This document shows, piece by piece, positions 1 through 10,689 of a DNA stretch of 21,649 bases; position 1 is the stretch's first letter; each line of letters starts with the position of its first letter. The position numbers and the translations under genes were made by a program. The notes below the pieces were generated by a model. That model did no database searches. It was given only the letters and a program-made list of their open reading frames with translations, and was not told the origin of the DNA. The DNA comes from Octopus sinensis (taxonomy: Eukaryota), in assembly GCF_006345805.1 (NCBI RefSeq), contig NW_021823658.1, forward strand, positions 1 through 21,649, written 5' to 3'.

Positions 1-31
1 GTCAAGAACCGGATCATCGTAGTAATTTCGA

Positions 32-70
32 ACATACATACATACATACATACATACATACATACATACA
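32..70. repeat. (ATAC)n microsatellite
   Basis: Perfect ATAC tandem run. Confidence 0.95.
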
Positions 71-226
71 TTTATATTCATATACATAATACGCATATAT
101 ATACACACATATATATATTTAATATTTATTCATTTATGTGTATATATATAACGCATACATATATATACATATACACATATTTATCTGCACATAAACATAT
201 ATGCATGTATGGATTTGCGTGTATGT

Positions 227-234
<8 letters not shown>

Positions 235-272
<38 letters not shown>
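235..272. repeat. (GA)n microsatellite
   Basis: Perfect GA run. Confidence 0.95.
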
Positions 273-275
<3 letters not shown>

Positions 276-876
276 TGTGTGTGGGCGCGCGGGCGAGCGT
301 GTGTGTATGTGTGTAATGCACTTTTCCGTTGCAAATGTCACATGACCACTCAACAACCAATCGTCTGTGAGCTGACCTTTAACTAGCACCTTGCACCAAC
401 GTCCTTTGCCTGCTCCCCCCTCTTTCTCTTTCACTTCATTACTACAGGACGGCGTTAAATATCAAATAACGACCTTACTGGACAAATGTTGTTGAGTGCA
501 AATCCTAGATGACTCTCCCTCTCTCTCTCCTAATTGAGTAACTTGGATATGTGCTCAGTCTGCCACCTGCCGGGCACATAATGGCACACGTTCGAAACTG
601 CAGGGATGCAGCACACAAACAGATCGATATCGATATCCTTTGCCATCGCAGTCCTATCCTCAAACCAAACCCTGGTCCGTCCTGATGTTTGCAACTCAGT
701 GAGCTCCACTAAAAGCACCCGGAATTGCCAAAGAATCAAGTCTACCCAAATAGGCCAAAGCAAGATTTGAACTCAGAATGCAAACATCCAGTACAGGTAC
801 AGCAAGGCATCCACTCCGACGTTCTTGCAGTTCCACAATTTCGTGGCCCAAGACTCATCAGATTTTATCTGCAATC

Positions 877-977
877 AAAGAATGAAACCCAAAGAGAACC
901 ACGGCTGGGATTTGATCTCAGAGCACTGTTGGAACAAATACCACAAAGCATTTTATCGATGCTCTACCGAGTCTGGC
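877..977 (-). mobile_element. Degenerate family-A SINE fragment (head/core)
   Basis: aaagaatgaaacccaaagagaaccacggctgggatttgatctcagag...aagcatttt aligns by eye with the minus copy at 9661-9758 (aaaggatgaaaggcaaagtcaacctcggcagaatttgaactcagaac). Confidence 0.6.
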
Positions 978-1117
978 TGTTCACGTGATTCTACTAAACT
1001 GCATATTACAAGTTGCGCTCATGCTCCAGTTCATTATATACATATGTGTACGCGCGTGTATATATATGTACACACACACACGCACACATATACACACACA
1101 TATGTATGTACATGTAT

Positions 1118-1178
1118 ATACATACATACATACATACATACATACATACATACATACATACATACATACATACATACA

Positions 1179-1207
<29 letters not shown>
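1118..1207. repeat. (ATAC)n microsatellite directly 5' of the RLE retrotransposon fragment
   Basis: About 22 ATAC units followed by a short inverted (TATG) stretch at 1208-1219. Confidence 0.95.
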
Positions 1208-1211
<4 letters not shown>

Positions 1212-1219
1212 GTATGTAT

Positions 1220-1527
1220 TTAATGATTTGGGATAGAGAAGAGAAACTGTGCACAGTTGAGGAAATTAGCTGCCCAGCGGATGTTAACATAAAGCTGAAG
1301 ATTAGTGAAAAAGAGAACACCTTTGTTGAGCTGTAGAGAAATCTGCAGTTATTCTATCCAGGTTACTAGATCGGGTTTATACCAGTAATTATTGGGGCCC
1401 TGGGATATGTAAAGCACTGCCCAAATACCAATCTTGATAAATTAAGCTTATTCGAAGACTACAGATCCAATCCATCACTGGAACTGTAAAAGTCTGTAAA
1501 ACTTTCCAGAAGTTTATCATGTTTAGA
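1220..1527 (+). mobile_element. 5'-truncated, decayed R4/Dong-clade non-LTR retrotransposon: C-terminal restriction-like endonuclease (RLE) remnant
   Basis: Frame from 1220 reads LMIWDREEKLCTVEEISCPADVNIKLKISEKENTFVEL*RNLQLFYPGY*IGFIPVIIGALGYVKHC..., then after a frameshift IQSITGTVKVCKTFQKF. This matches the RLE pattern (PD)xxxxD..K..C..(E/D)..P.D.N...K..EK...Y..L.......P.IIGALG. Two in-frame stops; the catalytic PD is lost at the 5' break. Motif recognition only, no alignment run. Confidence 0.8.
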
Positions 1528-1575
1528 TATGCAAATATATGTATGAGAATACATACATAAAACAAAACATACAAA

Positions 1576-1855
1576 TCTGCACATACATACACACATACAT
1601 ACATACATACATGCATACATACACACATACATACATACATACACACATACATACATACATATATACATACATGCATACATACATACATACATACATACAT
1701 ACACACATACATGCATGCATGCATGCATAGATACATACATACATACATACATACATACATACATACATACATACATACATACACACATACATACATACAT
1801 ACATACATACATACATACATACATACATACATACATACATACATACATACATGCA

Positions 1856-1889
<34 letters not shown>

Positions 1890-1966
1890 CATACATACAT
1901 ACATACACACATACATACATACATACATACATACATACATACATGCATACATACATACATACATAC
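1576..1966. repeat. Long imperfect (ATAC)n array, probably within the retrotransposon 3' UTR
   Basis: About 390 bp of ATAC with ATGC/ACAC variants, followed by unique sequence 1967-2053 with an AATAAA signal and then more ACAT-like repeat. Confidence 0.9.
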
Positions 1967-2829
1967 AAAAAGACCCAATGAAGGAGCCTTGAATCTAGTT
2001 TAGAAAGCAGTTTTTCTCTATTGGCAAGAAATGTTGAAATAAACTGAATAATGACATATATACATACTCACATGCAGATATATATATATATACATATACA
2101 AAGGTATATATATATACATATACATTCGCATACACACAAATACAAATGTATATGTAAACAAATGCGTGTGTCTGTGTGTGTCCGCGTTTGACTATACAAA
2201 TGCAGAACTCGGCACAATCTAGTCTATATATGTTCATTCAAAGTTGGTCAACCACTTCGTTCCTCATCTGTTTCTCTCGACATGAAATAACTCGGGTGAC
2301 AAAGTGATATATGAACGATTCTTTGAAATAAAGGTACGAGGCGTCAAATGACTTGATTTTCATTGGTAGGCTCCTGTCAGGTGCTAAGTCTACGGAGAAT
2401 GTATGAGTGGCAGGTTGTTCCCGTATGAGAGGTCGTCGGATTTCTGTAGAGATGGTCTGTCTGAGTATCACTTGTACAAGAGGGGCAGATATGATAAAGG
2501 AGCCGGTATAATCAGGTAAAACTGCGGAAGGATTAGAGATATTACCGTGTGTCTTTTGGCGGTTTACGGTTGTGATGGATGCTTGGTGTGCAGTTGAAGT
2601 TTTTTTCTGAAGAAATTTCGATTTATGTCTACACGTGAAGAATTTCTCAGATTTTCTGCCTTCCTTTCAAAATGTTCTTTTCTGTCAAGCATAAATTGCC
2701 ACTGTTTGGTAAATTTAAACAGGAGCTTGCAGTTTCGATTATATTGCGGTTAATAGAGAGGCGTTTAGCTTCCAAATGTATTAGGACAGATATGGTCACG
2801 TACACATGGTCACACACACATGTACTGTG

Positions 2830-2950
2830 TGAGCGTGTGTGTGTGTGTGTGTTGTGTGTGTGTGTGTGTGTGTCTGTGTCTGTGTCTGTGTGTGTGTGTG
2901 TGTCTCTGTGTGTGTGTGTGTCTGTGTGTGTGTGTGTGTGTGTGCGTGTG
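2830..2950. repeat. Compound (TG)n/(TGTC)n microsatellite
   Basis: Direct reading. Confidence 0.9.
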
Positions 2951-3019
2951 TGCTATTAGAGGTTGATGCTTGTGTAAATAAACATCTGTGTAGCTGTGAG
3001 TAAAGAGGTTTGGTGGAAT

Positions 3020-3378
3020 TGTCAAAGACAGAGAGAAATAGAGACGGATATAGTGACAGATAAGAGGGGAAGAGAGACAGAGGGATAAAGTGACAGACGT
3101 GGTTAGAGAGAGATGGAAAACAGAGAGGAGGAAGAGTGAATATGAGGGAGACTGAAGCATCGAGAGTATGAGACAGACAGACAGACAGAACGATAGATAG
3201 ATACTGTAAGGAAATGAAAGATTACAATGAACGAGGGAATGAGAATGAAGGAGGGATAATGAAAGAGAAGGAAGGAGTGTGTATGTGTAAGTAATGAGAA
3301 GGATGAGGAATAATGGACGTACATGAATGAAACGGGGGTAGGTAGAATGAAAAGGAACAATGAAAAGTATGGAAGAGT

Positions 3379-3416
<38 letters not shown>

Positions 3417-3567
3417 TGTGGATTACCGTAGTAAAAAAGCTAAGGAGAGGAGATAAAAGAGTGAGAGCCGTGCCTCCATCTTTGTTTTAGGGATAGACAG
3501 AGGCATAGATATATTAAGTGACACAGGGAGAGAGACATAAACGCGCATATAGACACACACACACACA

Positions 3568-3641
<74 letters not shown>

Positions 3642-3720
3642 CAAGAGAAATACACAAAGACAGAGAGTGAGAGAGAGAGCGAGAGAGTGAGAAGAAACAG
3701 AGATGAAGAAATTATTGAAG
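3020..3720. repeat. GA-rich low-complexity tract with (GA)n, (CA)n and (TA)n runs
   Basis: Purine-rich degenerate repeats; (GA)n 3380-3415, (CA)n 3553-3601, (TA)n 3602-3640. Confidence 0.8.
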
Positions 3721-4622
3721 GGGGCAAATATGCAAAAAAAAAAAGGAAAAAAAGAAGAACAATATAACATAATGTAATGTGAATTAATAAAGAGGTTCGA
3801 AATGGGGGGAATTGTGTGGGGTAAGTCGGGGTTAGGGTAGGATGGATGGCCAGACGACGCAGCAACAACAACGACAACACGATTGGATGATGGTGGGGAG
3901 GCATGTCTGATATGTAATATGCTTGTATTGATACAGTACATACATACACATGTACATAGGCATACATGTGTGTGTGTGTGTGTGTGTAATAAATGAGGCT
4001 GTACGACACAAGTATGGAATAATTAATACATTACTTAAGAGTTGTCTTCTCTTTCTCTGCTCTCCTCTTATGAAAATGACCTTTCATTCTTTCTCTTTTT
4101 TTTGATGGAATGGGGGTCTTTACCGTTCCCCCCACTTTTTTTTGCTCACTTTTTTCCCCTCCAAAACTGATTGTTGAGCAGACGACATGTGTCTGTTAAC
4201 AATATTGCAGCCGACAATTTTTACTCACTTTGATTGTTATCTCATCAACATCTCGCTGTCATCTCGCTGTCATCTCAGCATCCAGTTGAGCCCTAAACAG
4301 CATGTGTTCATCTCATCCCATTGGAATTCCACTCTGTAAACGACCGGCTACATTTCCTCACAGCCATCTATCAACACCATCATCGTCACCACCGACACGG
4401 CCACCAAATAATTACTAATCTATGAACGTTCCGTTTTTTGGGGGGTTTTTTGCTATATTTTTTTGTTCTGGTAAAATCCATTAACCTCATCAATCAAATC
4501 TTATCTTCGAATTCTTGCAGAACCGCTGTCGTCGGCGAGAGAGACTTGTTTCTTCGCACTTTAGAATAAAGCAGACATAATACCCTCCACCAAACACACA
4601 CACAACACGTATGTAACAGACT

Positions 4623-4667
<45 letters not shown>

Positions 4668-4724
4668 ACACACACACATATATATATATATGTATGTGAA
4701 TATATATATATATATATATATATA

Positions 4725-4853
4725 GTCTATCATATCCACTCAAAAGGCTTTTTGTCGTCCCCAGAATATAGTAGAAGATATTTGCCGGTGCCATGCAGTG
4801 GGACTGAACCTGAAACCATGTGGTTAGGAAGCAAGCTTCTTACCACACAGCCG
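4725..4853 (-). mobile_element. tRNA-derived CORE-type SINE (family B), partial
   Basis: ccactcaaaaggctt...tagtagaagatatttgcc-ggtgccatgcagtgggactgaacc matches 20866-20945 and the reverse complement of 6157-6317; the minus strand has a B-box-like ggttcagtccc. Confidence 0.8.
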
Positions 4854-4938
4854 CGAAAGATATATATATATAACATATGCCCATGTATAACGCATGCCAT
4901 ACTTGATGAAATAGTGTTTGTACTGCCGTTCAAGGTTT

Positions 4939-5017
4939 TAGAAATAGCAACCAAATCTCTCTCAGAGCACACCTTACCGGCTTCAAGAAGGCAGAGTACA
5001 TTATACAATATCGTCCT
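4939..5017 (+). mobile_element. Family-C dispersed repeat fragment
   Basis: tagaaatagcaaccaaatct...agtacattatacaatatcgtcct resembles 6487-6570. Confidence 0.5.
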
Positions 5018-5154
5018 AACTGATCGGTCGTCGACTTCGACGATGATCATTTGGTTGCTCGACTGAAAGCTAGATGGCTGAGTACTCCACAGAAACGAGT
5101 TGCCATAACATAATTCTCAGGCAACATCAGTGTTATGTAATATGTGATAAGGGA

Positions 5155-5386
5155 AGGCGTTGAGCTGGCAGAAAGGTTAGCACACCGGACGAAATGCTTA
5201 GCGGTATTTCGTCCGCCGTTACGTTCTGAGTTCAAATTCCGCCGAGGTCGACTTTGCCTTTCATCCTTTCGGAGTCGATTAAATAAGTACCAGTTACGCA
5301 CTGGGGTCGACCTAATCGACTTAATCCCTTTGTCTGTCCATGTTTGTCCCCTCTATGTTTAGCCTCCCGTGGACAACAAAGAAATA
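5155..5386 (+). mobile_element. Full-length tRNA-derived SINE (family A, tail 1) with 16-bp TSD
   Basis: A-box-like tggcagaaaggttag; B-box-like gagttcaaattcc; central gcctttcatcctttcgg.gtcgat.aa.taagtaccag; tail ending aaagaaata. TSD aatatgtgataaggga at 5139-5154 and 5387-5402. Confidence 0.92.
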
Positions 5387-5516
5387 AATATGTGATAAGG
5401 GAGTTTTCAACAACAGGAAGAATCTAGAAGAAGAGGGGGGGGTGAGATAGAAGGCGGGGTAGGGGAGATACAGTTAGAGGAAAATCGATCCCAAAACTGG
5501 GATTATCTTCTCTTTA

Positions 5517-5645
5517 TTCATCGATTCAGGAATGGTGAAAGTCAAAGCTGGCCTCTGTGGAATTTGGAATCCGAACGTAGAAAGTCGGAAGGAAACCATA
5601 AAACATTTTATTGAAGTCGTAACGATGCTAACAACTCGTTACCTT
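5517..5645 (-). mobile_element. Degenerate family-A SINE
   Basis: atcgattcaggaatggtgaaagtcaaagctggcctctgtggaatttggaatccgaacgtag... aligns with the minus-strand family-A pattern. Confidence 0.65.
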
Positions 5646-5887
5646 GAACACGTTTTTTAGATACAATATGTCTGCTAACAGGAGGCAGTCAAGTCAGGAA
5701 CACGCTTCGATTCTGGGTCTGCTGGATTAAGCTTGACTTGAATAAGCAGCCACTACGACACACAGACACAACCGCTTATACATTATGCAATGGTAGCATA
5801 AAGTCACACAGTCATAGACAAAAATCATGTATTCGTAATCCAACTGAAGCCATCTTCTCTTTTCCAGACGTAAAAAGTATAGGATTG

Positions 5888-6076
5888 AAGGCGGCGAGCT
5901 GGCAGAAACGTTAGCACACCGGGTGAAATGCTTAGTGGTATTTCGTCCGCCGTCACGTTCTCAGTTCAAATTCTGCCGAGGTCGACTTTGCCTTTCATAA
6001 TTTCGGGTTCGATAAATTAAGTACCAGTTGCGATAAATTAAGTACCGGGCCTTGTGCCAAGAGTAGAAAATAATAT
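5888..6076 (+). mobile_element. Family-A SINE with alternative tail (tail 2), an internal duplication and an 11-bp TSD
   Basis: Same head and core as 5155. cgataaattaagtacc occurs twice, then ggccttgtgccaagagtagaaaa. TSD gtataggattg at 5877-5887 and 6077-6087. Confidence 0.9.
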
Positions 6077-6156
6077 GTATAGGATTGCATTGCTCAGTGC
6101 GTTTTTCTGCTTTTAGAACAAAAGAGTGTAAATGAGGAAGAAAACATATACACCAT

Positions 6157-6317
6157 AGGTGTGGCTGTCTAGTAAGAAGTTTGCTACCGAACCTCATGAA
6201 TTCAGGTTCAATCCCATTGCGTGGCACCTTGGGCGAGTGTCTTTTACTAAAGCCTTGGGACAGTCAAAGCCTTGTGAGTTGATTTAGTAGATGGAAAATG
6301 TAAGAAGCCTGTCATGG
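6157..6317 (+). mobile_element. CORE-type SINE (family B), partial
   Basis: gtggctgtctagtaag...ggttcaatccc head; CORE-like gcaccttgggcgagtgtctt; aaagccttgtgagt...gaagcctgtc. Confidence 0.8.
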
Positions 6318-6320
6318 ATA

Positions 6321-6353
<33 letters not shown>

Positions 6354-6363
6354 TTGTCGTTCA

Positions 6364-6457
6364 ATGACAAATCGACTTCTACGGAATTTGAACTCATAAC
6401 GTAAAGACGGACGAAATGCGGCGAAGCATTTTGTCCGGCACTATAACGATTCTGACA
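6364..6457 (-). mobile_element. Family-A SINE head fragment
   Basis: ggaatttgaactcataacgtaaagacggacgaaatgcggcgaagcattttgtccgg is the reverse complement of the family-A head. Confidence 0.75.
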
Positions 6458-6478
6458 AGAGAACTTCCAAGGTTTTAC

Positions 6479-6650
6479 TTGACCTGCTAAAAGTAACTGC
6501 CAAATCTTCAGTCAAACCTGGCCAACTTTAAAGAGAAGAAGGATACACTAGGCAATGTAGTCGTCGATATACATGGGATGGTCACGGTTGAATTGTCTTT
6601 ATAATTAAAGGTTTGCTCAGTCACGTTCGACCTGACTCTAAACAATAATT
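6479..6650 (+). mobile_element. Family-C dispersed repeat (probable retroposon 3' end with AAC-rich tail)
   Basis: gggatggtcacggttgaattgtcttt matches the reverse complement of 21445-21473; ends in ctaaacaataattacaac. Confidence 0.55.
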
Positions 6651-6804
6651 ACAACAATAGCAGAAAAGAAACAATTGCGACACAGCAATTCCTTTTATCT
6701 GCATGTTCTGACCATGGCCACCCCCAACAACACCAACAACATCAAAACTAGAAAAGTGACCGCGAAATAGCTGTAGGAATATTACAATGAACAGAAAAAC
6801 TGAA

Positions 6805-6863
<59 letters not shown>

Positions 6864-6910
6864 CTCTCTCTCTCTTTCTCTTGCTCTCTCTCTCTCACAC
6901 ACACACACAC
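6805..6910. repeat. (CT)n followed by (CA)n microsatellite
   Basis: Direct reading. Confidence 0.95.
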
Positions 6911-7229
6911 CCTCTCTCCCTTTTTCTCACACTCTCTCTGTCTTTCTCCTGACCACAAGACAGAGTTCATTCCAAACAGAAGGACACCCCAACCCCCACC
7001 CAATACTTCTACCCGAAATCGAAACCTTATTGTCTATGTGTGTGTGTATGCATGTGTGAATCTCTATATGAGTCTGTGTATGTGCGCGTGTGTGTGTGTG
7101 CGTGCGTGCATGTGTGTGTGTATATGTCTGTTTGATCTGACTGTATGTGTATTTAGGCTCCGCCATCAACTACACCGCCGCCGCCGCCTCATATTTGCCG
7201 TATGTTGGTGCAATAAAAACCCGGTGAAA

Positions 7230-7273
7230 ACCGGAAATGCATAATTCGAAGCCATTTGAACGCAGCCATATTG
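7230..7273. promoter_or_regulatory. Putative ETS + YY1 motif cluster
   Basis: ACCGGAAAT 7230-7238; GCCATTT 7251-7257; GCAGCCATATTG 7262-7273 (reverse complement CAATATGGCTGC, YY1-like). Lies in a GC-richer unique island. Confidence 0.3.
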
Positions 7274-7354
7274 GAAGTTAAGTTGGAAGAGGAAGACAAA
7301 GGTGGCGCCGCCGGTGGTGGGGATAACAGTAGAGATTTTTGTAGGGTTTTTTTG

Positions 7355-7600
7355 TTTTTTGCTATTGTTATTATTGTTGTCGCAGTAGTTGTTATTGCTT
7401 TCGTTGTTGTTGTTGTTGTTTTCTTCTTTTGAGGATGTATTTTTTCGATGATCGTTGTTACTACAATTATCATTATCATTGTTGTTGTTGTTCTTGTTGT
7501 TGTTGTTACTATTATCACTGTTGTTGTTGCTGTTGTTAATGTTATAGCTGTTATTCCTTACTTATTGTTCTTTTTATAGTTGTTGTTGTTGTTGCTTAAG
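7355..7600. repeat. Degenerate (GTT/ATT)n trinucleotide tract
   Basis: Direct reading. Confidence 0.85.
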
Positions 7601-8199
7601 GAAAGGGGCTGAATGCAGGGGGTTATTACTCTTATTACTGTTGTTGTTATTGTTACAAATATTGCTGCCCCCCTCCTTCTCCTCTCCCTCTTACCCAACA
7701 ATTACGCGAACCGGTCACCTCAGTAATCACAACTTTAAATCCCAGTTCTAACGGCTGATCCACACTTCTAAAGTGGACGGAGGATCGTTTTATGTCCAAC
7801 CACGACAACCGCCACCACCTCCACCCTTCTCTTATCTCTATCTGCGAACAACATCGGCTCATTATGAGGAAACATCAAATACTAATCCATTATCTCACTC
7901 TCCCTTATCTGCTTCTCTTCTCTCTTTCCTCTCACCTTTATTCTTTCATTCCTCTCTGTACTCCTTTCAATCTGCTTTATATATATTTATGGACATCAGC
8001 CCCCACACACGCTTTTTCTCACACACGTACATGCATATATGTACGCGTGCACACACATAATGCACATGCGTGTGTGTATGTGTGCATACGTACATGCTTA
8101 TCCGAATATTCATATTGATCCATCAGTCTAGCAAGCTGGTTAGATTTACAGCCTCATATATCTGTACATGCATATACATGCACACAGGCCTATATATAA

Positions 8200-8200
<1 letters not shown>

Positions 8201-8250
<50 letters not shown>
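8201..8250. repeat. (TG)n microsatellite
   Basis: About 25 TG units. Confidence 0.95.
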
Positions 8251-8253
<3 letters not shown>

Positions 8254-8788
8254 AGTTTAAAATATGCTAATATTAACAATTATAAAACTGATTTGTCCAT
8301 TATGAAACATGCGTCCTTTACATTAATGGTTCTCAAAGGTGTGTTCATGGTGTCTCGGAAAAAATTCAACATTCTATTACAGGCTTTTGCAATTTTGAAC
8401 AAAAGGTTAGAATTAGTGAATTCTTGCAGGCGCGTCCATCGATATTTAATGAGGAATTTCCAGCTACCAACTGGTTACAACAGTCTATTTCCTATATAAT
8501 GCATTTGCATGACCTTGAAAGTTCGGTCATGTATTGAAAAAAGAATCGCTCATCAACATAACTAAAATAACAATGGCGGCGATGTTCCTTGATTTTCTGC
8601 ATTTTATGTCTTTCATGCTTTCAGTATCAAATTTCACGTACTTTGCATGTTAGTAGTCAAATACATCACATGTCCTACGCGTGAAAACTGAACAGATAGA
8701 GGTATGCCGCATTTTCTAATGGTTTCAAAACAGCCAATCAAATACTGACGTCTATTTTGATATGGTTTACAAATGTTTTTATAGAAAA

Positions 8789-9225
8789 GTGCAGCCTGCA
8801 GAGACCTATCTATTAACTACGAGTCATCCCTTCTCACTGGAACCGAGGCCAAAATTAATTTTTTGGGATATACAACAGCAAGGTGGTAGATAACGCCGTC
8901 AACATCAAACGATTCCAAAATATTCAACAAAACAATGGCTACCCACTACTTTTCGACAAACGTTCGCATGAGCTTATCTACCAAAGGAAGGCCCACACTG
9001 TCAAAATTAGTATGTGCTTCTTGAGCCAACCATATTTGAATGAAATTGCCACAACTGAAATCCAGAAAGAGATGATCTGTAGAGAGAAAGATCACTTCGT
9101 TGTCCTTGAAAACATCCCTGTCTGACAGCAATAGGACATGCGCACTCGCCTGTCCATCTCTTAACAGACATTCACACAAAGCTGCTGCATCATCAGCCAT
9201 GTCAACATATGTTCGATGCCCCCCC
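8789..9225 (+). pseudogene. Decayed piggyBac-family transposase C-terminal remnant
   Basis: VQPAETYLLTTSHPFSLEPRPKLIFWD, then after a +1 shift YNS-K(GG)VDN; compare piggyBac KPAKMVYLLSS...KPQMVMYYNQTKGGVD (recalled). Then KYSTKQWLP (YSTK..RWP motif) and a Cys-rich tail, RTCALACPS..TQSCCIISHVNIC. Several frameshifts and stops. Confidence 0.55.
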
Positions 9226-9545
9226 CCCCCTAGGATGTACCATATAGTCTACAATATATTCGTGAATACCATTGGTTAATTTAATGACTACAAAATATCA
9301 AACAGACACATCCAAGAATCTTTTCTAGTTTTCTTTTAAATAGGATTGGCATAAAACTAAAATAGGCTAAAAAAAAATATGCCGGAACGAACAGACTTTC
9401 TTCCTGAACGTCAAATTAAAACACTTTACTGTTTTCTCGCCTTTTCGTTTTTGTGTGATTTTAAACCATATAAAATATACGTTCAGTTTGATCCTGCCTG
9501 GCTGAACCGCCTCCTATCTCAGACCCTCATCTTTCCTACTTTCTT

Positions 9546-9758
9546 ATTTCTTCATTGCCCACAAGGGGCTAAATATAGAAGGGACAAACAAGGACAGACA
9601 AACGGATTAAGTCGATTACATCGACCCCAGTGCGTAACTGGTACTTATTTAATCGACCCCGAAAGGATGAAAGGCAAAGTCAACCTCGGCAGAATTTGAA
9701 CTCAGAACGTAACGGCATTTCGCCCGGTGCGCTAACGTTTCTGTCAGCTCGACGCCTT
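9546..9758 (-). mobile_element. Family-A SINE (tail 1) with internal deletion and 15-bp TSD
   Basis: Reverse complement of the 5155-5386 type, with about 25 nt deleted in the head. ctttcctactttctt at 9531-9545 and 9766-9780. Confidence 0.92.
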
Positions 9759-10384
9759 ATTTCTACTTTCCTACTTTCTTCTCGGGTTTTTGCCCCCTCT
9801 CATGAGTCACTTCACCACCACTTCACCCGGATTACCATTGGAACTTTATGCTTCTCGGATTCTACCACCATGGGGCTTACTGTACACTGTAGTTGATTCC
9901 CATATAGATTTAATTTGATTCACAACTGGTGACTATTCTCTTGTATCTGGTGAAAGCATAAAACGTGGTGCTGTGGCTGTCATCGCGTATTTATTTTGAT
10001 TTGGGGAGACATGGGAATAAATGGGGGGGGGGCGGATGTTAGAACATGTTAGGACAAGTTTTGACACGTTATAATATTTAAGATTAAGGGCCGTTTGCAT
10101 GGGATTAACTGATTAAACATATAAAAGAGACTGAAGGCCACAGAATAGGGGAAATGGATTCATTTAAACAGACTTTGTGTAAGACAAACAATGTTACATG
10201 GGGATGGGGAGGGTGGATGAACGGGAGGAGGAGGGGAGAGTTATAAAGAGAGAGGGAGAGGGGGAGTTGTGAGGGTGTCTAGACTTTAGCACCATTGATG
10301 TCTAGAGTTGATGAAGATGGAAGGGATTCACAAATTAAACAATAGGTAATCAATTAAAAACTGACAACTAATTGATATGGGAAA

Positions 10385-10385
10385 A

Positions 10386-10421
<36 letters not shown>

Positions 10422-10646
10422 AGACGAAGACGAAGAAGATGATATTGATGATGATGATGAGGAGGATGATGGTGAGGAGGAGGAGGAGGAGGGATGATAT
10501 GATGATGATGGTGATAATGATAATGATGGTGGATGATGATGATGGTGACGGTGATGATGATGATGATGATGATGATGGTGATGGTGGATGATGATGATGA
10601 TGATGATGATGGTGATGGTGGATGATGATGATGATGATGATGATGG

Positions 10647-10689
<43 letters not shown>

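Noticed and set aside
347-498. 11-bp perfect inverted repeat cactcaacaac/gttgttgagtg as possible MITE TIRs
   Set aside because: No TSD, no second copy in the window, and short enough to arise by chance.
530-1030. ORFs 530-763(-), 725-988(+) and 825-1223(+)
   Set aside because: They overlap a SINE remnant and microsatellite and have no recognisable motif.
2235-2790. Possible Penelope-like ORF N-terminal remnant on the minus strand (IHLEAKRLSINRNII.., PTNENQVI*RL..LFQRI)
   Set aside because: Resemblance is vague and needs several frameshifts; it needs a frameshift-aware search.
7773-7782. tggacggagg resembling the miR-184 5' end; tttgattgtt (4231) resembling miR-315
   Set aside because: Matches stop after 9-10 nt and there is no precursor hairpin.
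8283-8530. Two overlapping stop-free frames of about 80 codons in AT-rich DNA (e.g. ..EQKVRISEFLQARPSIFNEEFP..)
   Set aside because: No motif recognised and no convincing splice-site pair.
8510-8533. catgacc-ttgaaagttc-ggtcatg palindrome (nuclear-receptor-like)
   Set aside because: Single 7-bp stem; common in repeats.
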